Assembly: GCF_009914755.1 (NCBI RefSeq)
Contig: NC_060945.1
DNA from: the human T2T-CHM13v2.0 reference genome, Homo sapiens
Strand: one strand, 5' to 3'
DNA length: 64,000 nt
The notes under the pieces were generated by a model. It was not told the origin of the DNA and did not search any database. It was given only the letters and a program-made list of their open reading frames with translations. Shown one piece after another: positions 12,900 through 29,040 of this stretch. The stretch's first letter is position 1, and the number at the start of each line of letters is the position of its first letter. A program made the translations under genes and the position numbers.

Positions 12900-14160
12900 G
12901 ACGTCGTCCTATTTATGAACACTGAGTCACGTCGCCGCTCAATGTCTGTTTCCTCCTCCCTAGGAATGAGGTGACCCCCTCCTCCAGCGAGTAAATGCGG
13001 GGCGATGGCGAGAGCGCAGGGGGCGGCGGCGCTGCCCCACCTTGGGGAGCGAATTCACCCCCCTAGTCGCACCAGCCTGGGCGCACACGGGGGCCGGGGC
13101 GAGCCTGTGGGACTCTGCAGTGAGCTCCGCGCGCCCCGGGGGTGCTAGGGGACCGGGACCCTCGGGGCGCCGTCCCCACGCCCCAGCCCTGACGGGTCCG
13201 CGGCCGAGCAGCCCGGGGGACGTCGCTGCCTCCCCGCCCCGCGCGCGGCCGGGACTGGGCGCTGCGACCCGCGCCGCCTCCTCGGGCAACAAGTGTCCGC
13301 CCTCCGCCCCGACGGCCCGCCCGGCGCGGTCCTCACCCGGCACAGGCCGTCCACGAACACGCGCGGGTCCAGGTGACAGGCGATGGTGGCGCTGGGCAGG
13401 TCCTGCAGGTCCACCTCCTCCATCTCGCAGTCAATGAAGCTCCAGTCGCCGCCGCCCTCGTCCGCCTCGGCCGCCCCCGAGAGGGGCGCGAAGGGCCGCA
13501 GCGTCACCCCGGGCCGCGCTCGCGCCTCGGCCGCCTCCGCCGCCTCCGCCGCGGCCCCGAGCTGGGGACCGGCCACGCCGTCCTCCATCCCCGCGCCCGC
13601 GCGACCCTGTGCGCCCCAGCGGGCTGCTCCGGGCTTGCGCGCCGGAGCCTCACGCGCTCCGGTCCGCGCCCGGCCGGCGGCTCCGCCGTTAACCCCCTCG
13701 GAATCGCGCGGCGGCAGGCGGCGGGCTGTCAGCAGTCTCCCAGCGACACGGCCTCCCAGCGCCAGCCCCGCCCGTCACCGTTCCGCGCGGGAGGGGCAGA
13801 AGCCCGGCGCGGCGACCGCCCCCCCAGCCCCTAGGGCCGGCCACCGGCAGATCCAACGGTGGCCCCTTTAAGGCCGGCGCCGGTTGGGTTATTGTACCCC
13901 GCCCTTCCAGGAGACGGGGCCAATAAAGGAACGGAATTCTCTTCACGTGACCTTCCTTCTGCCGCCCGAAGCCCGAAGCCTCAGGGCGGCCATGTTGGTT
14001 AGGGGCAAAGTCCTCGTCCCCAGTTCCGCTTTTCTGACAGCTGGTGCCAGCTGAAGGACGCCGGGCAGAGTCCTCGGCTCTTGGGCCCTTGGGGTGATAA
14101 CTGGGGAGGCAACGTTTTTGTGGTTCCCATGCGGGGACGTTTTGAAGCACAGGGGCCCAC
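12900..14160. promoter_or_regulatory. CpG island / RCAN1.1 promoter and 5' UTR
   Basis: Very high GC and CpG density. GC boxes CCCCGCCC at ~13766-13773 and 13897-13904, CCAAT 13920-13924, E-box CACGTG 13944-13949, AP-1 TGAGTCA 12923-12929. Confidence 0.9.
13337..13588 (-). CDS. RCAN1: RCAN1 (regulator of calcineurin 1/DSCR1) coding exon 1, N-terminal 84 aa of isoform RCAN1.1L; internal in-frame ATG at 13423 gives the short form (MEEVDLQDL...)
   Basis: Translation MEDGVAGPQLGAAAEAAEAAEARARPGVTLRPFAPLSGAAEADEGGGDWSFIDCEMEEVDLQDLPSATIACHLDPRVFVDGLCR matches the known RCAN1.1 N-terminus. The exon ends CGG|GTGAGG (donor 13336-13331, phase 0). ATG context is GGGATGG. The rest of the ORF-track ORF is intron read-through. 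Confidence 0.97.
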
Positions 14161-14936
14161 TTTTGGGAATTTAAGCGAGACATAGTCTCCCTGTGGCTCT
14201 GTGGCCCCTGGCAAGTGGTTAGATGCTTACCGTATATTATCAGATATAGTCGCAATAAAGACTGAACTAGACCATGATAACAATGCCTTACTTTTCTATT
14301 TCAGCGTATTAGTCACTATACCATTGTGAAAATTTATGTAATTAGAAGTAATTTTTCTGAATTACCATTATATGCTATGTACAATAGGACATAACGAAAG
14401 AATTAAGAGATCACCCCTTTCCTTTGGGGAATAGCGGAAAAATAAGAGGACCTCAAGTGAGCAGACATGTCTCTTCCTGAAAAATAGAATTCTTTTTTGG
14501 ACAGTATGATACAGTGAGAACTTGGGTCTGAATTTCAGCTTTGCTTTTTAACTACTTGTACAAATAAGCTGAATCTTAGTTTCCTCATCTGAAAAAAATG
14601 AAGACATATTACTAAGAATTCAGTCAGTGCTTAATAAATGGTAGCTGTTTATGCACTGGGTTCTTTGGAGGTTGTGAAATTACAGTTATATTTTTTCTTA
14701 GAGTAGGCTTACTCTCTAGTTAGGAAGTGTTAGTAATTATAACAAAAAGTATATCCAACAGCTGAGATTTATTCAGAACTTGCCATGTGCACGGTTCTAT
14801 GATTACTATTATCATAGTCTTAGGACAGTTTGTGTCCTCAGGGAGCTAAACCCAAGAGGAATAATAATACCCATCTAGAGATAACTCATAAAATAGAATA
14901 TGATATGAGGATGTGAAGAAATTGGAACCGTCATAC

Positions 14937-15413
14937 TGTGAAAGGGAAATCTTGGGCCCCCAAAATCACTAAGGAAAACTAAAGCTGGAAGTTGCTTAGA
15001 GCCAACCAGCCTCCCATTCCATTCAAAGTCACCCCTCTGCTCACTGAGACAGATGCATTTCACCGAGACAGATTTGCCTCCTTTATAAAGACTAATCAGA
15101 AACCCAAAGAGTGTAACCGTTTGTCTATCACCTATCTGTGACCTGGAAGCTCCCTCCTGCCTCCTGCCTTTGCAGTAGTCTTCCTGCCTTTGCTTCAAGT
15201 TGTCCTGCCTCTCCAGACCAAACCAATGTACTGCTTACATACATTCATTGATGTCTCATGTCTCCCTAACATGTATAAAACCAAGCTGTGCCTTGATCAC
15301 CTTGGGTACATGTCCTCAGGACTTCCTGAGGCCTGTCATGGGCATGCCCTCAACCTTGGCAAAATAAACTTTCTAAATTAATTGAGACCTGTCTCAAATT
15401 TTCAGGGTTCACA
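14937..15413 (+). mobile_element. MER4A-type solo LTR (ERV1)
   Basis: tgtgaaagggaaatcttgggccccc...ggttcaca; TATA (gtataaaa) and aataaa present; degenerate 4-bp TSD atac/atat. Confidence 0.82.
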
Positions 15414-15477
15414 ATATATTGCTGATGGGCATGTAAAATGGCGCAGCCACTTTGGAAAACAATTTGGCAAGTCCTCA

Positions 15478-15851
<374 letters not shown>

Positions 15852-17048
15852 AAAGAAGTGAAAACATATGCCCACACAATAATCTGTACACAAAAGCTCA
15901 TAGCATCATTATTCAAAATAGCCAAAGAGTGGAAACAGCCCAAATGTTCACCAGTTGAAGAATGGACAAACCAGGAGTATATCCATACAATGGAATATTT
16001 TCCAGCCCTAAAAAGGAATGAAATGCTGATAACATGCCACAACATGGAGGAATCTTGAAAACATTATGCTAAGTGGAAGAAGGCAGTCACAAAAGGCCAC
16101 ATGTTATTCCATTTATATGAAATGTTCAGAATAGGCAAATCCACAGAGAGAGAAGGTAGTTTAGTGGGTGCCAGTGTTTCTGAAAGGGGAAAATGGGGAA
16201 TGACTTGTATAAGGGTAGAAGGGTTCTTTTGGGAGTGAGGAAAATGTTCCAAAATCAATTGTGGTGATGTTTGCACAACTTTTTGAATATACTAAAAATC
16301 ACTGAATTGTACCTTAAAGGGTGAATTTCATGACATGCAAATTATATTTCAGTAAGGCTAGTATTTTAAAAGACCACAAGACATTGGATGAAGTGCAGCA
16401 GAATGGATGACACTGCAGAGCCGAAAAGTCTCGGTAAACTCGGCCAGGCATTGTGAAAAGGGTAACAAAAGGATGAGGCACTGGTTTTGGAAAAACAACA
16501 CCCGGTCAACCTGTCGCTGGGTGGGTCCATGTTTTCATCCTTAGGACAGTATGCTCTTTCATTGCTGGCTTGCCATAAGCCACTTACAGCATGCAGAGTG
16601 GGCCTGTTGGACAAAGTGTTCAACAGGAAGGAAAGCACCAACAAAACAGAAAGCCAAAATGCAAGCAGAGCAAACCCTTGCAGCTGGCTCTCTGATGTGT
16701 TAAGACAGGAGCGAGCAGGAACAACCTCAGGCGAGTGGTGAGGACAGTTACTTGTAACTGACTTCAGAATGCAGCTGGTCATTACTCAGATACAGACCAC
16801 ACCAAACATTTCCCTCCACATCTGTGGATCCCCACCTCTCTCCTCTCCTTCCCCATCTGCACTTCCCCAGGAAGCTAAGTGAAGAGGGTGACTTTTCTTA
16901 GTTCTCCGACCAGATCAATTACTTGTCTGTATAACTCCGACAATAATAATACTGGTCTCTTCTGTGTAGCTCTTAAATCGTTAATGGGTGTACACATAAA
17001 CTAGCCCACATCATCTTAACAAACTGGTGTTATTACTGCAGATTCTTA

Positions 17049-17527
<479 letters not shown>

Positions 17528-19491
17528 TCAACTATACCTAGGGGTAATCTCTTAAGATGCTGTGCTGCCATAAATTGTGTACAAATTCCTCACTAGTTCT
17601 TTGGAAATTGTTAGCTGGGCCTCTTTTACCAGCTGTGGCAACAGCACGTAAGATCCATCTCTGCTTCCCCCTTTGGCTTCTAAGTAGAGAGCCTTCCTTT
17701 TTCATTGGCTCAAAGGAGCTGATTTGATCCAGCTTTTCAGAAGGGGAAGGAACCAAAATAGGTAAAAAAAAAAAAACTCAGTGATTCTTTTTTTTTTTTC
17801 AAATGGAGGAAGGACACACATTTTAATTAATATATCCTACCACCTCCCAATCATTTCCTCTCCTTACATTTCCTTCATGTCAGCCATTGCAATTACCCAA
17901 TATAAAAGGAGAAGAGGCGCTCAGAAAGCCATGTTTGGTTATTTTTGTTCTTAGCACCTGTCTCTTACATCAATTGCAGCCCAGTTATGCAGACGTGCCT
18001 ATGCGTGGATAAATGAGCCTATTCATTTGCCAGGTGGGAAAGTTTTACTCTAGATACTTTTAGTTGCATCCTGTTTTATTCTGGAAATTAAAGGACGCTG
18101 TGTTCAGTAGTCACTTGCCAAGTGTTTATTAAATGAACCAAAGGCATTTCGGCACATTCTGAGAAATTATAGACATTTAAAAAATTCATTTAAGGTGGAA
18201 GGCAAATTGCTGACTTTCTGAGTGTTTGCTTTCACAATGAATGAACAGTTCCAAAGACTGCTTCAATGAATAAACCCCTTAAATAATTCATTTGGAAGGC
18301 TCTATTTTGTTACCACCTATGAAATGAATAAAAATGTTATGCTATTTTATTATTATTGTTTTGTTTTATTTTAGCAATAGGAACTTTTTTTCCCTACTCG
18401 AAGTTCATTCTTAAAACCCATTCTTAAAATTTTCTGTTATTTTTGATGGTATTATGAAACTTTTTAATTTAGAAAGATAGTTATAAATTTGATTTGAGGG
18501 AAAATAGTAGATTTTGGTGACTTTGTCTAAGTGTGGAAAGGAACTTCACTGACTTTGACCTTTCTCTAAGTTCTCTTTGAAGCGTGCTGGCACTCATGTG
18601 ACTTTTATGTTGAGTTAGGAGTCTTCTGGTTGCCAGTAACCACAACCTCTGAAGCCAGTTTAAACAGGAGATCATTTAAATTAAGGATGTAAGGCAACTC
18701 TGGAAGCCTAAGGTGAGAATATCGCCTCGGGAAGGGTCTAGAAGATGGACCCTGATGCTGCCTAGAAGCGGGCTGTCTTCTTGGGCCCTGTTGAGGCCAT
18801 CAGAGGTGGGGGATGGACACATAAGCAAATGGGCCTCCACTTCTGAAAGTCAGCAGCCCCAGCATCTCCAGGGAGCGCTCATTGTTCAAAAGGTCTTCCT
18901 TTGTTTCAAGCTAAAAGCACTGCTCCTGCAGGAGTATTGCACACTCTCCAGAAGCCAGATAGACCTGGCCTTCATTCAGCTCTGTCCTTTATTATCTCTC
19001 TGGCCTCAGGGAAGCCACTTGACCTCTCTGAGGTCCTGTGTGTAAAAAGGTGATATAAATAGCTTCCTTTCAGAGGTGCCGCAGAGGTCAGACACATGCC
19101 CAGCTAATGCCTGCCATGGAGGAGTGGCTCAGAATGACAGGACCTCAAATTCTCTTCGTCCCAGGTTTTCATTTTAAGATCGCCTTCTCTTCTGTGTCAC
19201 AGCCTCTTAACACAAAATAATAAGTAAATAGATCTTCCCCTCTGGCCAGCTTCTCAGGAGTGAATACCAGGGCAGAATCTGGATCCAGGACCAGTTAACT
19301 GTTTTGCTTGTTATGAGTTCTTTGGATTTCAAGACAGATGGTACATTAACAACTCATCCCACCCCATCCCTGCCCTATGGACAGGTTTCCCTGGCTTCCC
19401 TTGGAAGCCACCTGTGTTTGCTGGGCCAGCCTGTCCTGAGATCCGCCTGATGTCACTGACATAATCCCAACAGGACAGATTTCCTTTAAGG

Positions 19492-19709
19492 CAGGGATGT
19501 CCAATCTTTTGGCTAGTCTGGGCTACACCGGAAGAACTGTCTTGGGCCACATACAAAATACGCTAACACTAATGATAGCCAATGAGCTAAAAAAAATTAC
19601 AAAAAAAAATCTCCTTATGTTTTAAGAAAGTTTACGAATTTGTGTTGGGCCACATTCAAAGCTGCCCTGGGCTGCATGCAGCCTGCAGGCCGTGGGGTGG
19701 ATGAACTTG
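19492..19709 (+). mobile_element. MER30 hAT-Charlie MITE
   Basis: cagggatgtccaatcttttgg...ggatgaacttg; perfect 8-bp TSD ctttaagg. Confidence 0.85.
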
Positions 19710-19990
19710 CTTTAAGGGGTTGGGGTAGGGCATCCTTGGTACTTCTCCCAGTGTCCTCCCTCAGGGTTTTAACTGCTGTGATGCGTTCCTTCCTTAATTC
19801 TACCCTATACTGTAGAAGTCATATCTTACTTGCTAGTGATGTTGAATAGTGCCTGGTGTGTTGAATAATGATGCCTTCATGCTTGTATACTCACCCAGAG
19901 GAGGGCTAAAGTGACAACACTAAGCAAGCCTTGTCCGGGCCTGACTCAGCCTGACTTTGGCTCAGGGGACTTCTACACTCATTGGGATGC

Positions 19991-20372
19991 TGTTAAAGTT
20001 TGACTGTGTCCCCACCCAAATATCGTCTTGAATTGTAGTTCCCATAATTCCCACATGTTGTGGGAGGGACCCAGTAGGAGATAACTGAATTATGGGGATG
20101 GTTTCCCCTATAGTGTTCTCATGGTAGTGAATAAGTCTCATGAGATCTGATGGTTTTATAAAGAGAAGGCCCTTTTGCTTGGCTCTCATTCTCTCTTTTC
20201 CAGCTGCCATGTAAAATGTGCCTTTGCTCTTCCTTTAACTTCCGTCATGATTGTGATGGCTCCCCAGCCATGTAGACCTGTGAGTCCATTAAACCTCAGT
20301 AAACCTCTTTCCTTTGTAAATTACCCAGTCTTGGGTATGTCTTTATCAGCAGCGTGAAAGCAGACTAATACA
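19991..20372 (+). mobile_element. THE1 solo LTR (MaLR)
   Basis: ...gtgtccccacccaaat... to ...cagactaataca; 5-bp TSD gatgc. Confidence 0.9.
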
Positions 20373-20379
20373 GATGCTA

Positions 20380-22700
<2,321 letters not shown>

Positions 22701-22709
22701 ATATAGGAG

Positions 22710-23170
22710 GATTATATATGCACACCAATGTCATATGAGTATCAATGTCATATGAGTATCAAATATGTATACAACATGCAAATATATGTATATATATTAA
22801 TGTTTACATGCAATTACGATATATACATATGTTAGTAGATATAAGCAAATATATTTATATGTCTTATGTATAATATGACACATGCTGCAACATAATTATA
22901 ATCTATAGTATCTAATATGTACTAGATGGTATATGAATATATGTTCATACATCATACATGAATATAGCAATATAGGCAGATAAGATATGTTACAATGTAT
23001 TATTAAATTGTGTATATTATATGATGTGCAATAAAAACACAAGTATTTATGACTTATCTGTCTCCTCCACTCTATCCAAAATATATGTAATGCACGTTAT
23101 AAAACATAAAGAGAAATAGGAATTTTTAAAGTATAAGAATAGAGAAATAAACACAAATATAAATATGTCT
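22710..23170. repeat. AT-rich low-complexity (TA/CA/TG) tract
   Basis: Degenerate atatatg repeats, including a tandem caatgtcatatgagtat x2 at ~22726-22760. Confidence 0.7.
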
Positions 23171-24075
23171 TGAGCTGTCATCCTCATTTCATCTAGAGTG
23201 GAATCTTGATGAAGGGAAGCTGTTTATTTTCACTACCACTCTGCCCCGCCTAGAATGTCCTGGGCCTAGAGGGGGACTTCAATAAATATTTATTAAATGA
23301 ATTAATGAAAAATGTATTTTATACTTGAACTTAACCAAAAGGCTGAGAAACGATGAAAAATATATCTTATTTATTCAGAATCAAAAATATTTTGTTTTCT
23401 TAAAAATCTCCTGTTATTCTCAATGACTTATTAACAATGTCTTAGTCAGTGTAATGTTATTAAACATGCCTCATCCTTTTGGGAAATCGTGGAGAACCAT
23501 GAGCAGCATGGAGTGCTGTGCTTACTAAATCACAATATCCATTTTTCAATCCCATCCACCAAATTTAGAAGGGATTATTATTATCACCGAGTAAATTTCC
23601 ATGCTCCTTGACATCAATGAGTTGTTTTTTCATATTAATTGGAAGTTGTTCGTTTTTATGTTTCACAAATGGGTTTTAAAACTCACAGAACCCCTTGGAA
23701 GCTTTTAGACAGCTGATAAAATTGTGTTTCCTAGTTTAAAGTGCAAGATATGAGAACTTTTATAGATGTCACACATCGTTTTTTGGCAATAAAATCACTT
23801 AATGATGGAAACCTTTCCAAACTCCTGTTTTCAAGATATTCTTACTGTAGCACAAGTTTCTGGCAGACAGTGATTACTTTCTCACACATTGTTAACTGGC
23901 ATCTTGTGCTTGAAGGGCCAGGTCAAGCTGGTTTATTTATTTATGTTAAATCATCACCATGGCTCGAACCTTGTAACCTGGCTGGCAGTTGCTCATGCGC
24001 AGAGGGGAGATGTACCAGCTCTGTTCCTTTCTTGCCATTCATCTCTGCTTATGTCCTTAGAAATAGCTTCATACC

Positions 24076-24165
24076 TTAAGTTCTAGGGTACACGTGCACA
24101 GCGTATAATAATGATAATAATAAATAAATAAATAAGTAAAAAGAATCCTGAAAAAAAAAAAAAAA
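24076..24165 (+). mobile_element. 90-bp 5'-inverted L1PA 3'-terminal insertion with poly(A)
   Basis: 17-bp TSD agaaatagcttcatacc (24059-24075 / 24166-24182); inverted L1 end at 24076-24100; A-rich tail. Confidence 0.85.
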
Positions 24166-25433
24166 AGAAATAGCTTCATACCATTTCTTAGCAGGCATCC
24201 TTGCCAGACACTTGCCTGTTTGTGTGAGGACTGGCTCAGTTAAAGACTAGATAATATAAACCACACATTCTCTTAATGAAAATTTGGGATCTGCAATAAC
24301 AGCACAATTCTGGAAGCAGAGAAGGTGTGTGGAGCCATGTCAGCCCACACCACCTGGCACCCCAGGTGCCCATCAGGGGGCCTAGTGCACCCCTCTGATG
24401 CCTGTCTGGCTTCTGCAGCAAGAGCAAGCACCAGGGTCAACCCACATAATAAAGCAGCAGAGGAATAATTTTCTTTTTTAGAAAAAAGAAAAACCTAATA
24501 TAAACAGAAGCGCTAATATTTTTCACTCATCCCAGTGAGTGGAGGTCATCACCTTCCACCATGGAGACCTTGACCTATAGGGTGGATGAGCGGGGAATGG
24601 TGGGCAAAACTCCACCAAAGAGAGCTGCTTCCTCCCAGACTGTCTCGCTCTAACCCCTGGACTGCGACTTCAGGCTGAGGGGCTTTACCTAGGTCAGAAA
24701 CACAGGCTAATTTCCCAAGAACACATCAAACACAACAGGTCAAAATGAAAGCCATCTTTCCCATCCAGTCTACTCACTCTGCTCTGTCCTGATTTCTACC
24801 CACAAGCTGCTCAGTAACCGGGGAAGAAACCCAGGAGCCCTGAAAACTGCTCCCTTTGTCTTATCCCCGACTCCCCCACCAACTGACCTGCTCGCCCACT
24901 CCACACAGCCAGTCGCCAAGTCCTGTCCACTTTCCCTGCTGAATCATCGTGCCGCATCAGCTGAGTTTACCCCCTCTCCTAGAGTCCCACTCCTGGTCTC
25001 TCAGCTCAGAACCATTTCTTTCTCTGCATCATTTCTTACGTGGATCACCTAAGCTGCTTCGAGACTGAATCTTTGCTTGAAGGCAGAGCTGATGACTTTG
25101 GAGCCTTCTTCATCCCGTGGTTGATCTGATTACCAGGAACTTTTCCCAGGACTAGGTATACAAACACAGATCATTCAATTCTCTAACAGATGAAGGCTGC
25201 GGTCCCCTATAAGATGCAGTCCATCATATGATGCCCTCTTAATTACTTTTATGACATGCAGCAATCATACTTCATTAGAACTCTTCTCTTTCTTCTCCAC
25301 TAAACTGTGAGCCTCCTGAGGACAGGAACTGTGCTGGTTTCCTTGTACACAGCATGATGCCAGGCACACAGTAGACATTTGATACTTGTGGTATCAAATG
25401 TGTGTGTCATTTGAGAAGAGGCATCTTCTTATA

Positions 25434-25595
25434 ATTTTTTTTTTAAAAGAGATGGGGCCTCTCTCTCTTTCCCAGGCTGGAGTACAGTGGTGCAATCTTG
25501 GCTCACTGCAGCCTCGAACTTCTGATCTCTAGCAATCCTTCTGCCTCAGCCTCCCAAAATGCTGGGATTGCAGGCATGAGCCACCATGCCCAGCC
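25434..25595 (-). mobile_element. Monomer-length Alu (FLAM/FRAM-like or internally deleted)
   Basis: About 160 bp of Alu sequence, flanked by cttcttataatt on both sides. Confidence 0.75.
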
Positions 25596-25857
25596 ACCTT
25601 CTTATAATTATATGTGCACCCCCAACCTCAAGCACTTGACAGCTGACTGCTGAAGGAATGAATGGATGAATGAAGGAATAAATGGATGATTGCCAACAGC
25701 CCTCAAATAAACAGAAGAGCAGGTTTTATAAGGCTGCTTCTCAGAGTTTCCATAAATGCCAGCTCAGGGAACATTAACCCAAGTCCCATTTGTTACATGA
25801 AAGCAGTTCTGAGGTAGCTGACAGTGCCATCCTCCATCTGGCTTAATTCAGGAATAA

Positions 25858-26703
<846 letters not shown>

Positions 26704-27321
26704 TGCAAGTATATTTTTGAAACCACCTTACTGAGGTACAACTGACATACACTAAACATATTAAAACTGTACAATGTGATGTTTCGAGAGAGTGAGCATA
26801 TCCTTCCTCCTGGAAGTATCTTCCTGCTTCTATGTAATTCCTCCCATCCCCACCTCCACTCCCACTGTACCCCAATCTGTTTCCTGTCACTATTGATAAG
26901 TTGAGCAAGTATATATTTAATCTTTAAGAGCTTCCTCGCTTTCTGTTCCCTTTTCATAAATTTCCTGCTTTTTAAAGTATTGCTTTATTATCTTATATCT
27001 CTCTGGAGTTTTAATTTGATTAAAATATTTTTTGGTCCCCGGAGTTATTCTCTGCAGCCTCCAAAACAGTCTTACTAGTTTATTTGTCTGGTCTGTCTCA
27101 TTTAGCTTGCATTCTCCTTGCATGTCTGTGGAGCCTTTATTTATCTAAGGACACTAGGTAGCTAACATGCTTTTCCTTTGCTATTGAATAAGATTGTTTC
27201 CCCAAGGTGAGTGGCAGCTCTAAGCAAGGAAGGATGGAGTAAAGCGCCTGTCTGGCTGTAGTGAGGGAGACAGTGAGTCAGCTGTCAGCCTGTGGACCCC
27301 CAAAATGCCAATGAGGGCATA

Positions 27322-27958
27322 TCTGAGACAGGGTAATTTATAAAGGGAAGAGGTTTAATGGACTCACAGTTCCACATGGCTGGGGAGGCCTCACAATCAT
27401 GGTGGAAAGCAAAGGAGGAGCAAAGTCACATCTTACATGGTGGCAGGCAAGAGGGCTTCACTTGGGATGCAGCATTGACGAAGAATGTCATAGCTTCTGG
27501 CAGACGTTTGTTCCATTCATTGGAAGAGCCATCTGGGATTTTGCCTGATTCTGTATGCTGTATATACACATGTATATGTGTGTATATATATGTGTTTATG
27601 TGTGTATTATGTGCACATGTGCATGTGTGCATATCTGCAGCATGCATGCTTGTATATGTGTAGTGTGTGTATCTAGGTATACACTGTATGTATGGAAGGC
27701 AAATATATTGTATGATGGAAGGCAAAGGAGGAGCAAAGTCACATCTTACATGGTGGCAAGCAAGAGAAAGCATGTGCGAGGGAACTCCCCTTTATAAAAC
27801 CATCAGATCTCATGAGACTTATTCATTATCACAAGAACAGTATGAGGGAAACCACCCCCATGATTCAACTGTCTCCCACCGGGTCCCTTTTATGACATGT
27901 GGGGATTATTACAATTCAAGATGAGATCTGGGTGGGGACCCAGAGCCAAACCATATCA
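27322..27958 (-). mobile_element. THE1/MST-type MaLR LTR with internal duplication and insertion
   Basis: Antisense LTR ending ccaaaccatatca; 55-bp segment present twice. Confidence 0.8.
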
Positions 27959-28339
27959 CCCCCTCCTACAATGTGGAAGCACCACTGCCATTTTATTTTA
28001 TAAACATAAATGTTTTTCCTTCTGCTACCACCATGCACCTGTTTTTTATTAGCTGTGGCCAGAAGACAGTTGAAGTTGTAGGTTATTTTCTGCTCTAAAC
28101 ATAGACTCTTTATGCAGCAAGTTGGAGGCAGATCCATTTCTTTGCTGATACCGTGGCCTCCCTTATTACAATGGAAGGGCCCTTTGCAGGATCCCTGTGG
28201 CCACCTCACTTTTATGTCAGGAACAATCAAGTTTCCTTAGAAAACAGCTGGATCCCCAATGTTGCAGATGATGTTTTGATGAAAATGTTCAAGGCATTCT
28301 TTTCCTTTAGCCAACTTCCTTGATAAAACTTTCCCAGTA

Positions 28340-29040
28340 AACATAGTCTTACCATATGATCCAGCAATTGCATCCCTTGGTATTTACCCAAATGAGTTGA
28401 AACTTATGTCTGCACAAAAAATGTTTATAGCAGTTTTGTTCATAATTACTAAAATGTAGAAGCAACCAAGATGTCCTTCAATAGGTATTCACCTATTGAT
28501 AAACAAATGGTGTTGTACCATACCATGAAATATTTTTTAATGATAGAAAGAAATGAGCTGTCCGGCTAGGGAAAGGCAAGAAGGAATCTTAAATATATGC
28601 TGCTAAGTGAAATAAGCCAAGATGAAAAGGCTATACAGTGTATAATGTCAACTGCATGACATGATGGAAAAGGCAAAATAATGGAGACAGTAACAAGATC
28701 AATAACCATTGATCCAGGAGTTAGGGGGAGGGAGGAAGAGGTGAATAGTGAATTTTTAGGTCAACAAAACTATTCTGTACAATACTAAAATGGTGGACAC
28801 ATGTCATTACACATTTGCCAAAACTCATAGAATGTACAGTACTAAGTGTGAACCCTAATGTGATCTACGGACTCGAGTCAATAATAATGTATCTTTATTG
28901 GCTTATCAATTATAACAAATGTTCCTTAGTAACGCAAAATGTTGACAATAGGGAAACTGTGTGGCAGAGGAAAGGGGCACCTGGAAAATCAATATATTTT
29001 CCATTCAATGTTTTGAAGACCTAAAACTTCTTTAAAAACA
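28340..29040 (+). mobile_element. L1MC-like 3' UTR fragment
   Basis: atatgatccagcaattgc, gcaaccaagatgtccttcaatag, gtgtgaaccctaatgt motifs. Confidence 0.72.

Noticed and set aside
13145-13336. C-terminal part of the 147-aa ORF (VRTAPGG...)
   Set aside because: Read-through past the GTGAGG donor into the intron; not RCAN1 protein.
12960-14255. Overlapping 127-188 aa ORFs on both strands
   Set aside because: Stop-poor GC-rich CpG island; low-complexity Arg/Pro/Gly/Ala translations with no recognisable domain.
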